From the NCBI GenBank assembly GCA_016935095.1, contig JAFGRO010000021.1, forward strand, positions 916-64,915: a stretch of DNA of 64,000 nt, in the 5' to 3' direction. This document shows positions 30,115 through 40,227 of this stretch, piece by piece. Each line of letters opens with the position of its first letter. Within the stretch, counting starts at the first letter, position 1. The notes under the pieces are model-generated. The model had not been told where the DNA came from. It saw only the letters and a program-made list of their open reading frames with translations, and searched no databases. The DNA is from Candidatus Woesearchaeota archaeon. Lineage in GTDB: Archaea; Nanobdellota; Nanobdellia; Woesearchaeales; GW2011-AR15. Both the position numbers and the translations under genes were made by a program.

Positions 30115-32124
30115 ATGGAAGTCTTACTTATTAATTCGCCAAGGCTCTTTTTTAAAAACACCTGTTTTTCTTTTACTGCACCGCCGTTGGGAATAAGCTA
30201 TATAAACGGCTATTTGCATAAAAAAGGGATTGAATCAAGAATAATAGACTTAAATATCCTATTAATGGAAAATAATGAGCTTATGAATCTTTTCCAGGAA
30301 ATTGACCCTAATCTTGATTTTAATGAGTTTTTTTTAAAAAAAGATAAGATAATTAAATCTGCTCTAGATTATTTTTTTTCTAAGATAAGGATTAATTGTC
30401 CAGATAATGACCCAGCTATTATAGGGATAAGCATACTTGAAGCACAGTCATTAAAGATAATGATACCCTTCATTGAAAAACTGAAATACAGATATCCAGA
30501 ATCAAAAATAATTGTAGGAGGCAATTCGGCCCCTTTAATTGAAGATAAATATGTTCTTAATAAAACAATTGACTATATTATATTCAAAGAGGGTGAAAAA
30601 ATATTTTATGAATTAATCAAAGCAATAGAAAACAAAAGAAGTATTTCCGGGATTCCTTCTATAAAATATCTTGACAACAGCTCAATAAAAGAGAACAAAT
30701 ATTGCGGGGATTTTGATATAGCTGGGCAGGCAATAAAATTCAATGAACATGACATTGAAAAATACAGGTTTTTGAACCGGTTCTATGAATCATTCAATGA
30801 TATTTTTGTTACGCCAGTACTGCCATATTCTTTTTCAAAAGGATGCTCATTTAAATGCACTTTTTGCGGAGCTCCTTATGACAATAGAAAGATCCAGCAT
30901 AAAAATACTGAAAAAATTGTACAGGACATTGAATTTCTAAAACAAAAATACAAACAGAATTATTTTTATTTTTTTAACCAGCATCTCACTATTAATAAAT
31001 CATTTATCAGTGAATTGTGCGACAGATTGATTGACTCAAAAACAGATATTCTGTGGTCTGATTCTATAAAGCCTCTTCCTTATTTATCCCAAAAAATTTA
31101 TTATAAATTAAGGGAAGCAGGATGCATCATGCTCAGCCATGGAATTGAAACAGGCTCTGAAAAGATAATGAAACTGATGAATAAAGGCCACTCTGTCAAG
31201 GATAATAAAAAAAACCTTAATTACTCGCATAAAGCAGGAATTTGGAATATGGCAAATTTCATGGTGGGATTCCCCACAGAAACAGAAAAAGAATTTAATG
31301 AAACTCTTGAGTTTATCAGAAAAAATTCAGAGCATATTGACTCTTTATTTGTGAATAAATTCAGGTTAGAAAAAAATTATATCAGATATCATCCGGAAGA
31401 ATTCGGGATAATGTCTCATGGAAATTTAGAGTTGAACAGCATTTCAAATGTAATGTTAGATGAATATGATGAGATTAAGGGTTTATCATATAAAGAGATT
31501 ATGAGATTAAATGATAAACGATATAATATAATCCATAGGTTAATAAAGCCTGAAGACAAATATAAACTTGATCTATTCTCCCACAGGATGATTTTCCCGT
31601 TGTATGATAATTTAATTGAAAAAGAGAAAGTCAGAGAATTCTACAGGGAAAATTATAATTTGATCAGCAGGTATGATAAAAGATATTATTCTGTGTTTAC
31701 TGGTGCTGTATCAAACCAGAAAATAAAAGGAAATTTAAATTACTGCAGTGCTGAAATTTTTAAAGAGACACCTAAAAAAGATATTTTTGAAGAACTCGCT
31801 AAAATTGCTGAACAGGGTTACAAAAGGCTTATCTTTACAGGAGGGGAGCCCCTGATAAGAAAGGATATATTTGAAATATTAAATAAAGCTAAAAAAATTG
31901 GCTTTGAATACATAATTGTAAAGACAAATGCAAGGATGCTCCAGTATAGATCTTTTTGTAAGAAATTATCACAGTATGTAGATGAGATTCTTGTCATCAG
32001 CCCTTCTGATAATGAAGAGGAGTATGATTCGATTTCAGGCATAAAAGGCTCTTTTATGCAGGCCAAACAGGGAATCGAAAACTGGAAAAACCTTGGAAAA
32101 AAAATAAGGCATTATTCTAAGTAA
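30115..32124 (+). CDS. Cobalamin-binding radical SAM protein fused to a C-terminal degenerate (cluster-motif-less) radical SAM-like domain
   Basis: PPLG, SKGCSFKCTFC, GIETGS. The C-terminal domain keeps TGGEPLIRKD and TNARML but has no CxxxCxxC. Confidence 0.88.
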   Translation: MEVLLINSPRLFFKNTCFSFTAPPLGISYINGYLHKKGIESRIIDLNILLMENNELMNLFQEIDPNLDFNEFFLKKDKIIKSALDYFFSKIRINCPDNDPAIIGISILEAQSLKIMIPFIEKLKYRYPESKIIVGGNSAPLIEDKYVLNKTIDYIIFKEGEKIFYELIKAIENKRSISGIPSIKYLDNSSIKENKYCGDFDIAGQAIKFNEHDIEKYRFLNRFYESFNDIFVTPVLPYSFSKGCSFKCTFCGAPYDNRKIQHKNTEKIVQDIEFLKQKYKQNYFYFFNQHLTINKSFISELCDRLIDSKTDILWSDSIKPLPYLSQKIYYKLREAGCIMLSHGIETGSEKIMKLMNKGHSVKDNKKNLNYSHKAGIWNMANFMVGFPTETEKEFNETLEFIRKNSEHIDSLFVNKFRLEKNYIRYHPEEFGIMSHGNLELNSISNVMLDEYDEIKGLSYKEIMRLNDKRYNIIHRLIKPEDKYKLDLFSHRMIFPLYDNLIEKEKVREFYRENYNLISRYDKRYYSVFTGAVSNQKIKGNLNYCSAEIFKETPKKDIFEELAKIAEQGYKRLIFTGGEPLIRKDIFEILNKAKKIGFEYIIVKTNARMLQYRSFCKKLSQYVDEILVISPSDNEEEYDSISGIKGSFMQAKQGIENWKNLGKKIRHYSK

Positions 32125-32167
32125 ATTAAATTTTGAATAATAAGAGTGAAAAATTTTAGATAAACTA

Positions 32168-32175
32168 TTTATAAA
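32168..32175 (+). promoter_or_regulatory. Archaeal TATA box (tttataaa), probable leaderless transcript of 32196 gene
   Basis: TTTATAAA ending 20 nt before the ATG, preceded by A-rich BRE-like sequence. Confidence 0.5.
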
Positions 32176-32195
32176 TCCAGCAATTCTCCTTATTT

Positions 32196-34223
32196 ATGAA
32201 AGTTGCTCTTATTAATGCTCCTAGATTGTTTTTTAAAGATGAGGCTTTTTTATTGACACCGCCGCCGATAGGCCTTGCCAGAATATATGGCTACTTAAAA
32301 AAAAAAAAAATCAATACTTCTTTTTTTGACCTTAACACGATGTTGATGAAGAAAAAAGAGCTGTTTCTTGAATTCAGCAGGATAAGGGCAGATATTGATA
32401 TTGAAGAATTCTGTAAGAAACACATTGAATTGATTGAAAAATCATTAGAATATTTCCTTTCTGAAATAAAAATCAAAAAGTATGATATTGCTGGCATAAG
32501 CATTCTTGAAAATAATTCAATGAAACTGATTGTTCCATTCCTCAGAAAAATAAAAAAGATAAATCCCTGCATTAAGACTGTAATAGGTACTTTATTCATA
32601 GATTCAATAAAAAAAGAATATTTTTCTGAAGGCATAGTTGATTTCATAGTTAACGGAGAAGGTGAAGATATATTATATTCCATTATAAACTCAGTAAAAG
32701 ATAATAAAAATCAAAAAGATAATAAGATTCAATATGAAATTCCTTCAATCATTTATCTTGATGGACAAAAGCTAATTCAAACAAAAAAAAGCAACAGCAA
32801 TATTTTTTTTAAACAGGTAATTGAATATGATAAAAAAAATCTAGATGAATACAGGTTTTTAAATAATGAATATAATATGTTCAATGATTTTTTCAATACG
32901 CCTTTATTAGCATATATTCCTTCAAAAGGATGTGAATTTAAATGCACTTTCTGCAGCACTTCTGATGATAACCGCATGAGTATAAACACTCCTGAAAAAA
33001 TTGTGGATGATCTGTTTCAGCTTGTAAAAAAGTATAGTTACAAATATTTTTATTTTTATGACCATCATATCTCAATATCACGTAAATTTCTAAATGAATT
33101 ATGTGATAATATTATTGACAGGAGATTAGATATTCTATGGAGCGATGCAATAAAACCCCTTGGATTTTTAACACAGGAAATTTATTATAAATTAAGGAAA
33201 GCAGGATGCATCAAATTAAGTTTCGGGATTGAGACCGGCTCTGAAAAGATAATGAGACTTATGAATAAAGGACATTCAGTAAAAGATTGTGAAAAAAACC
33301 TAAGATTTGCGCATAATGCAGGCATCTGGACTGAAGCCTTTTTTATTACAGGATTTCCTAGAGAAGGAAAAAAAGAGTTTAATGAAACTCTTGAATTTAT
33401 CAGGAGAAACATAAAATATATTGACTCTACTCCCTCTGGAAAATTTATGTTAACCCGTAATACTGATATTTTTAACAACCCTGAAAAATACGGAATAAGA
33501 ATCATAAACAAAGAAAAAGATATTCCTTCAATGGTCGGCACATACATAAAGTATGAAGATTTAAAGGGTGTTTCTTTTGAAGAACTGCAAAAGATAAATG
33601 AAACCCGGGCTCAGATATTAAATGCTTTTTTCAATAAATTAAAAAAATCAGATATTAACATGTCTTTTCCCAGAACTTTGCTTTTTCCGTTATATGATTA
33701 TCTGGAATCAAAAGAAAAAGTAAGAATCTTTTTAGAAGGAAATCATGAATTAATTGGAAGAGAAAAACCTGGTTATTTCTCTTTGTTTACAGGAGCCCAG
33801 TCCAACCAGAAAATGAAAGGCAACCTTCATGAATGCAGTATTAAAGAATTCAGAAACATTAAATTAAAAAAAATAATTATAAAACTTGAGGAGATTTATA
33901 ATGAAGGATATAGAAAACTTATTGTTTTTGGAGGAGAACCTTTAATCAGAAAAGACTTATTTGAAATACTCTCAGAAGCAAAAAAGATCGGGTTTGAGTA
34001 TATTATTATAAAGACAAATGCAAGGATGCTGCAGTATAGATCTTTTTGTAAGAAATTATCACAGTATGTAGATGAGATTCTTGTTATCAGCCCTTCTGAT
34101 AATGAAAATGAGTATGATTTGATATCCGGCATAAACGGCTCTTTTTTACAGGCTAAACTGGGAATCGAAAACTGGAAAAAGCTTGGAAAAAAGACAAGGT
34201 ATTATTCTACTGAAAAACAATAG
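32196..34223 (+). CDS. Cobalamin-binding radical SAM protein with C-terminal degenerate radical SAM-like domain (tandem paralog of 30115..32124)
   Basis: PPPIG, SKGCEFKCTFC, GIETGS; same C-terminal domain as its neighbour. Confidence 0.88.
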   Translation: MKVALINAPRLFFKDEAFLLTPPPIGLARIYGYLKKKKINTSFFDLNTMLMKKKELFLEFSRIRADIDIEEFCKKHIELIEKSLEYFLSEIKIKKYDIAGISILENNSMKLIVPFLRKIKKINPCIKTVIGTLFIDSIKKEYFSEGIVDFIVNGEGEDILYSIINSVKDNKNQKDNKIQYEIPSIIYLDGQKLIQTKKSNSNIFFKQVIEYDKKNLDEYRFLNNEYNMFNDFFNTPLLAYIPSKGCEFKCTFCSTSDDNRMSINTPEKIVDDLFQLVKKYSYKYFYFYDHHISISRKFLNELCDNIIDRRLDILWSDAIKPLGFLTQEIYYKLRKAGCIKLSFGIETGSEKIMRLMNKGHSVKDCEKNLRFAHNAGIWTEAFFITGFPREGKKEFNETLEFIRRNIKYIDSTPSGKFMLTRNTDIFNNPEKYGIRIINKEKDIPSMVGTYIKYEDLKGVSFEELQKINETRAQILNAFFNKLKKSDINMSFPRTLLFPLYDYLESKEKVRIFLEGNHELIGREKPGYFSLFTGAQSNQKMKGNLHECSIKEFRNIKLKKIIIKLEEIYNEGYRKLIVFGGEPLIRKDLFEILSEAKKIGFEYIIIKTNARMLQYRSFCKKLSQYVDEILVISPSDNENEYDLISGINGSFLQAKLGIENWKKLGKKTRYYSTEKQ

Positions 34224-34230
34224 CTGAAAT

Positions 34231-36030
34231 TCAGCATATGTATCTTATCAAAGAAAAAGGCCGGTTTTCCAACGGGCTTTCAAAATCAATTGATTTTATG
34301 CATTCTTTAAATATATTGTCCATTTTTTCTATATCCGCCTTAAACAAATTTTCACTATTATAATCTCTTTCTGTGTAATATTTTTCATCATAAAAATAAA
34401 AGCATTTGCCTTTTTTATCATATCTTTCAAGATTTTCATAAAATTCAGGAGGAATACCAAAATAAACTGAGTTTTTCTGCAGACTATAATAATAATCCAG
34501 TACCGGCTGGCCGACAGAGATTTTAATAATTTCACATGATTCATTTATAAGTATATTTTCAGTAAGAATATTAAGCTCATCAACAGTTGGATTCCAAACA
34601 GATAATCTATCTAAAGAAAGCCCAGGAGATGTAAAAAAAGCAATTAAAAAAAATAAAAAGACAGCTGAAAATTTAACAGAATTAATAATTGTATAGGAGT
34701 ATTTATTAAAGATTCTTTCAATCAAAAATAATATCATATAATACACAATAATAATCTCACAGAAGATATGCTGGGCATAGTATTTCCATGATTCACGAAA
34801 TCCTTCCATTGTAAAGAACAATTCAAAAACAATATAGATTAGATTATAAAAAACAAAGATAAAAATAAGGTTATTAACATTAAATTTATTGCTCTTTTTA
34901 CTATTTGTGATTAATCTGAAAATAAGAAATAAAAACAAAATTGCAGAAAATGCCACTCCAAAATAAGTGAACAGTGAAACATACCCTGAAGATAAGCTCA
35001 AGTCTTTATTTGCAATAACATTATATTTAAAGATATAAAAGGATTTGCCTATAAATGAAAAAAGCCTGTTTTCCCCGAGCTCATTATTTCTAAATAAAAG
35101 AAAGTCAAACTCCTGGACTGTAAACAGTTTCACCAGCGCCATTGAAATTAAAATCAAAATAATCATGGTAAGAGCAATTATCTTTCTTCTTTTTCCTGTG
35201 TGTTTTAAGAAAACACTGAAATATGCAAGATATGCCATTGCAAATAAAAATGCAAGCTCATACCTATAATAAGCAGCCAGGATAAGCGAGATATTTGATA
35301 ATATAAACAAAGACAAGTCTTTTTCTTTAATAAATAATAATAAGAACAACATAGAGGAATATGCAAAAAACATAGCGCCTATTGAATATTCAATTGAATG
35401 CATATTAAACTGTATCCATTTAGATGAGATAAAGGTCATATATACAACCAGGCTTATCCAGGTCTGCTTAAAAATAATTTTTGAAAGAAAGAAGATTACC
35501 AACAGAAGAAAAACAGAAAGGATTTTATTAAAAAATAATACTGTGAAAGGTGTTACTCTGAATTGAAAAAATTCCTGAAGTACAGAAAATATTATAGTTG
35601 AGTAAGTCCTGGGCATAGACTGAAATGCTCTAAATATATCTCCTATAAAAACATTTCCGAGAATATGAGTTAGGTTAACAAATCTGCCGAAAAATGAACC
35701 ATGCATTAAGTAAAATACAAAAAAGACCGAAAAAAGTAAAATAAAAACAAAATAAAAGATATTGTGTTTATCAAACCATGCAGGTTCTTTTTTTGTAATC
35801 TTTTTTATCATATATCTAAAAAAAAGAAAGAAAAAAAGAAGGAACATGCATAAAAAGATAATGCTGTTCAGGATTATATAAAGAGGAGAAAAGGATATCA
35901 TGTTATTAATGTCTTTAAATATTATTAAAAAAAGATAAGCCGAAAAATAAACCAAAGGATAAATAAATTTTTGTATCAGGATTATAAATCTGTTTGCCAC
36001 ACCGCTTAAAAAAAATCTTAATGATTTCAT
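34231..36030 (-). CDS. Polytopic membrane protein (GT-C-like), paralog of 26842..28611
   Basis: Many TMs, YYRYE motif; ATGA overlap with the upstream rSAM gene. Confidence 0.55.
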   Translation of the reverse strand: MKSLRFFLSGVANRFIILIQKFIYPLVYFSAYLFLIIFKDINNMISFSPLYIILNSIIFLCMFLLFFFLFFRYMIKKITKKEPAWFDKHNIFYFVFILLFSVFFVFYLMHGSFFGRFVNLTHILGNVFIGDIFRAFQSMPRTYSTIIFSVLQEFFQFRVTPFTVLFFNKILSVFLLLVIFFLSKIIFKQTWISLVVYMTFISSKWIQFNMHSIEYSIGAMFFAYSSMLFLLLFIKEKDLSLFILSNISLILAAYYRYELAFLFAMAYLAYFSVFLKHTGKRRKIIALTMIILILISMALVKLFTVQEFDFLLFRNNELGENRLFSFIGKSFYIFKYNVIANKDLSLSSGYVSLFTYFGVAFSAILFLFLIFRLITNSKKSNKFNVNNLIFIFVFYNLIYIVFELFFTMEGFRESWKYYAQHIFCEIIIVYYMILFLIERIFNKYSYTIINSVKFSAVFLFFLIAFFTSPGLSLDRLSVWNPTVDELNILTENILINESCEIIKISVGQPVLDYYYSLQKNSVYFGIPPEFYENLERYDKKGKCFYFYDEKYYTERDYNSENLFKADIEKMDNIFKECIKSIDFESPLENRPFSLIRYIC

Positions 36031-38456
36031 TTGTTATTCAAAATATGTTGAGGAATATATTTTTTTCCAACAAAAAACAATAAGTAAGGATATAGTTTTT
36101 TCTCATCATTTGCTTTAAAAATAACCTTTTCTCCTGTTACCTCAATTATATCAAGAAGTTCCAAGGCTTTTATCGCATAGGGGAAATCATCAGCAATATC
36201 CTTGCCGTACATGTTTTTATAGTCTTTCCTTATTACAGAAAAATGCTCATAGGCAGAATGGGTTATAAATTTCACTTTAGCATAATGCGGGGCAAATAAA
36301 TGTATAGAATAAAAGAAATCTTTTTTATCAGGAGGAAAATTTTTACAGAACATGCTGTCTTTATTGTTTTTGTGCACGATTATATATCTAAATAAATTAT
36401 TAATACATCCTTCCCCATAAAATCCAAGGGCAAAATTTGAATACGGCTCTGTCCTGTAATTTGTGTAAACATATTTAATTTTTCTCGGAGTCTGATTTTT
36501 AAGACAAAAATCCATCGGATGCACATAACTTAATTTAGAAGGGTCATCAAAATGAGTAAAATTATGTTTGTCTGATATTACAGGGATTTCTTTAACAACA
36601 GCATCAAATAAAGGATAATAAAAATCAAGGAAATTCTTGAGCTTTCCATCATATCTCTTTTTAATATAATTATCATTGGTCTTGATAGGGTAAAGCGATA
36701 TTATGCTTGGCTTCATCTTAAGGATTTCCTCAAAAGTGTAAAGAAAATCTTTTGGAGAATCGCCTTTTAATCCAAGCAGGAGATCAACATTAAGATAGCC
36801 TATTTTTGTTTTTTTGAAATCAGAGATTGTCTTTTTTACTTTTTCAATTGTCTGATAGGGCCTGTTGTTTTTTTTAAGGACACTAGGGGATAGAGACTGC
36901 ACGCCAATAGACAGTTTATTAAAACCAAAATTATCAATAATCTTCAGTTTTTCAAATGTGGTTGTATTCGGATTGAATTCTATGCCTCTTTCTGCATATT
37001 CATCAAATTCAAAATACCTGTAAATTGAGCTGATGTATTTTTTTAACTGGTCCTCCGACATTAAGCTTGGAGTGCCTCCTCCAAGAGACAATGCCTTGAA
37101 TTTCAGTCCTTTAAACAGAGGCGAAAATAATTTCATGTCCTTGATTAAATAATCAATATAATCATCAATCTGTTTCCTGTCCTGCAAAGTTGTAGATGGA
37201 TAAACACAATATGCGCATGTTGACTGGCAGAAGGGAAAATGAATATAAAAAGCAAGAAGATCAGGCTCAAGTCCTTTTTTCACCTTATCTGTAAATATCT
37301 TCCACCCCGTATATACAAATGACTTGTTTTTTAAGCCGATATTATTCATTAAAAAAAAGCTGTAAGTATCATATATATTATTTTTATTCGGCTTATTCTT
37401 AATTGCCGTTTTAAATAATTCCAAATCTTTAATAACCTTATCATGAAATGAACCTGATTTCAATATATTATTATTTCCATGATTATTTTCAGGAAGTCTG
37501 ACTCCGGTATTATTCATTCTGGTCAGGATATCCTCTACTTCAATAAACACAGGATAAACTTCAGTTACTCCATGTACAGCAGCATAATTCGGATTTATAC
37601 CTGGGCATATATCTCTCAAAGTGCAGTGCCTGCATGCCTCTGCCTGAATATATTGCTTTTTTTCTTCAATCATTAAATTGTTTATATCCTCTGTGTCTTC
37701 TTTTGCAAAGTATGTTAAACGTTTTTCCTTTAAGCCTGAAAGCCTTACCTCTGTAGAAAATTCCTCAATTCCTGTCATATAGCACAATGGAACTCTCTCA
37801 AGCCTGAAAGTAAGATTATTCTTTTTAATATAATCAATTGTTTCCCTGATATAACGCTCTGTCTCGGCTAATCCTGGCACAATCCACTTGTTTTTTTTAG
37901 CGCGGCCGGCAGGATCTACAAAATTAAAACTAAAATGGGTTATATTAGGGAAATGTTTTCTTATAAACATAACATGGTTTTTCAGTTTTTTATAATTTAA
38001 TTCATTAATGACAATCGTCATAAAAACATTAACATCATAATCAAGGACATTTTCTAAGCCCTGTAAAATTTTCTCATAATTATCTTTAGTAGAGAGTCTG
38101 TTGCAGACTTCTTTTTCATATGAATGAAATGAAAGGTTAAATTTTACATTGCCGTATGTTTTTATTTTTTTAACAAATTCCTGAGTCAAGTTAACACAGT
38201 TTGACTGGATTGTAATTTCTATGAAATCCTGTTTTTTAGCGAAATCAATTATCTTAAAAAGATCAGGATGAATAGTTGGTTCCCCTCCTGTAATAAAGAG
38301 GTCATTTGTTCCAAGTTTCCTCAATTTAATTATTCTTCTTTTTATTTCATCTAAACTAGGGTTATCCGGAGGCCCTTCCGGCACTGAGCAGAATATGCAC
38401 TCCTGGTTGCATTCAGTGCTTATCTGCAGTCTTCCCGGTATGTGTCTGTATGTCAT
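36027..38456 (-). CDS. Double radical SAM fusion: HxsC-like domain plus HemN-like (class C) domain
   Basis: CNQECIFC/TGGEPT...VPLC...CRHCTLRDICPG, then YIHFPFCQSTCAYC, LGGGTPS, SIGVQS and NVDLLLG. Confidence 0.85.
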   Translation of the reverse strand: MTYRHIPGRLQISTECNQECIFCSVPEGPPDNPSLDEIKRRIIKLRKLGTNDLFITGGEPTIHPDLFKIIDFAKKQDFIEITIQSNCVNLTQEFVKKIKTYGNVKFNLSFHSYEKEVCNRLSTKDNYEKILQGLENVLDYDVNVFMTIVINELNYKKLKNHVMFIRKHFPNITHFSFNFVDPAGRAKKNKWIVPGLAETERYIRETIDYIKKNNLTFRLERVPLCYMTGIEEFSTEVRLSGLKEKRLTYFAKEDTEDINNLMIEEKKQYIQAEACRHCTLRDICPGINPNYAAVHGVTEVYPVFIEVEDILTRMNNTGVRLPENNHGNNNILKSGSFHDKVIKDLELFKTAIKNKPNKNNIYDTYSFFLMNNIGLKNKSFVYTGWKIFTDKVKKGLEPDLLAFYIHFPFCQSTCAYCVYPSTTLQDRKQIDDYIDYLIKDMKLFSPLFKGLKFKALSLGGGTPSLMSEDQLKKYISSIYRYFEFDEYAERGIEFNPNTTTFEKLKIIDNFGFNKLSIGVQSLSPSVLKKNNRPYQTIEKVKKTISDFKKTKIGYLNVDLLLGLKGDSPKDFLYTFEEILKMKPSIISLYPIKTNDNYIKKRYDGKLKNFLDFYYPLFDAVVKEIPVISDKHNFTHFDDPSKLSYVHPMDFCLKNQTPRKIKYVYTNYRTEPYSNFALGFYGEGCINNLFRYIIVHKNNKDSMFCKNFPPDKKDFFYSIHLFAPHYAKVKFITHSAYEHFSVIRKDYKNMYGKDIADDFPYAIKALELLDIIEVTGEKVIFKANDEKKLYPYLLFFVGKKYIPQHILNNK

Positions 38457-39316
38457 TTTAGTGGTTTTAAATTACCTATCCCGAATCTTTTTATATCATT
38501 TAAAAAAAAACCCTCACACTTATAAGATAAAGAGCAGCTCCTGCACATTGGAACCTTGACCTTGGGCTTTTCATGCTTAAAAGCATTTTTAGGCATATTA
38601 ATAAATTCATAATCTCTTCCAAAAACACAATAAGGGATATCATTAAATGAAATATTAGGGATATTATTTTTTATTTTAAACTCAATTAATTCTCTCAGGT
38701 ATTTTCCTAATTCTGCATAAGGCACACAGAAGGAGTAGCTTTTTACATCAGGATATAAGTGAGCCACATCAATGCCGAAATTTACCGGATTAAAGCTCAT
38801 TGCTAATTTTAAAATCCCTATCAAATCCTCCTTGTTTTGCTGTACCACAACTGTAAGCAATCTTAACTGGGATTTTCCTGCCTCATTTATTAATTTAATC
38901 CCTCTTATTGCCTCATCAAAACTTCCTATAGCTTGAGTTACAGAATCATGTATCTCTGCATTTGATCCATATACCGGAATCCTGAAAGAAGTAACTCCTG
39001 CATCAATTAATTCAATTATTAAGCCTGAATTTTGACTTATTCTTCCGTGGGTGCATAATAATATTTGCTTAAATCCAATTTTTTTAATATATTTTATCAT
39101 CGGCACTAATTTGTCATATTCAAGAGCATCATTTCCTGAAATATTTATATTTTCACAGCCCTGTTTTTTGTATTTAATAAGCTTTTTTGCAATAATAATT
39201 TCCTGATTTCTGATTCCTTCCGCTGTCAGCGGCCGTGTATATGTGTTCAGGCAAAAAACACACCTGTTTTTACAGCCGGGACTGATAATAATTACACCTG
39301 TTTTAGGTTCAGCCAT
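38453..39316 (-). CDS. HxsC-like radical SAM protein
   Basis: CKNRCVFC, IHDSVT..GSF, IPYC...CRSCSLSYKCEG; GGE motif replaced by SGNDA. Confidence 0.75.
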   Translation of the reverse strand: MAEPKTGVIIISPGCKNRCVFCLNTYTRPLTAEGIRNQEIIIAKKLIKYKKQGCENINISGNDALEYDKLVPMIKYIKKIGFKQILLCTHGRISQNSGLIIELIDAGVTSFRIPVYGSNAEIHDSVTQAIGSFDEAIRGIKLINEAGKSQLRLLTVVVQQNKEDLIGILKLAMSFNPVNFGIDVAHLYPDVKSYSFCVPYAELGKYLRELIEFKIKNNIPNISFNDIPYCVFGRDYEFINMPKNAFKHEKPKVKVPMCRSCSLSYKCEGFFLNDIKRFGIGNLKPLK

Positions 39317-40196
39317 TTTTCATATCCTCTTTAATAAAACAGAAGATTTCCTCATCTCCAAACTGTTCTATATAAGCTCTCCAGACACCATCGCACATTT
39401 TATTATATTCACATCCTGAACATTTTCCCGGTTTAATTTTTGACTGTGTATAATAATCCTTATTGTCTTCCGGTTGCTTCAAGTCTGAAACCCAGTTTAT
39501 AAAATCCTTTGCTATGCACAAGGGAAAATTCTCAATATATAAATTCTGAAAATCAAGCTCTTTTGCTTTTTCAAATGATTTTTTAATAAAAGGCATTACC
39601 TCTGTATAAGAGACTGCCATTGTTGATCTGCCATCTTTTACACTTTCTCCTATTGGGTTCATAAATGCCAGCTGTATATAATTAACACCTGTTTTTACCA
39701 AATGTTCAACAATAGCCGGCAAAGCCCGGTAATTAAGTCTGTGCACAACAGTATTAATATGGACTTTCTTATTGTGTTTAATAATATTTTTAATGCCTTT
39801 ATTAACCAGTTCAAAAGAACCTTTTCTCCTGGAAACTGCATCATATCCTTTTTTATCCGGCGCAAAATAAGATACCTGGAAGACATCCACACCAAGATTA
39901 ATTAATTTTTTTACAAAATTTTCATAAGACATCAATAATGCATTGGTTGCAATTGAAATCCTGCTGTATTCACATGTTTTTTTTGCATATCCTATTATTT
40001 CAAACAGCCTTTTATGAATAGTCGGTTCACCCCCTGTAATAATCATGGAATCAAATTTCTTCCTGTTTTTTTTAATTCCGGCTAAAATTTCATTAAAATC
40101 AGGATCAGGCAAATTTCTCTTTTCCTGCGTATCACCGCAAAACAGACAGTTCATATTGCACTTGTGGTTCAATTCCAAAATATAATGGCCTGTCAT
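39309..40196 (-). CDS. HxsC-like radical SAM protein
   Basis: CNMNCLFC, TGGEPT, FPLC...CSGCEYNKMCDGVW..Y...FG. Confidence 0.8.
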   Translation of the reverse strand: MTGHYILELNHKCNMNCLFCGDTQEKRNLPDPDFNEILAGIKKNRKKFDSMIITGGEPTIHKRLFEIIGYAKKTCEYSRISIATNALLMSYENFVKKLINLGVDVFQVSYFAPDKKGYDAVSRRKGSFELVNKGIKNIIKHNKKVHINTVVHRLNYRALPAIVEHLVKTGVNYIQLAFMNPIGESVKDGRSTMAVSYTEVMPFIKKSFEKAKELDFQNLYIENFPLCIAKDFINWVSDLKQPEDNKDYYTQSKIKPGKCSGCEYNKMCDGVWRAYIEQFGDEEIFCFIKEDMKNG

Positions 40197-40227
40197 TTTT
40201 TAATCTGAAAATATTATTTAATTAATG

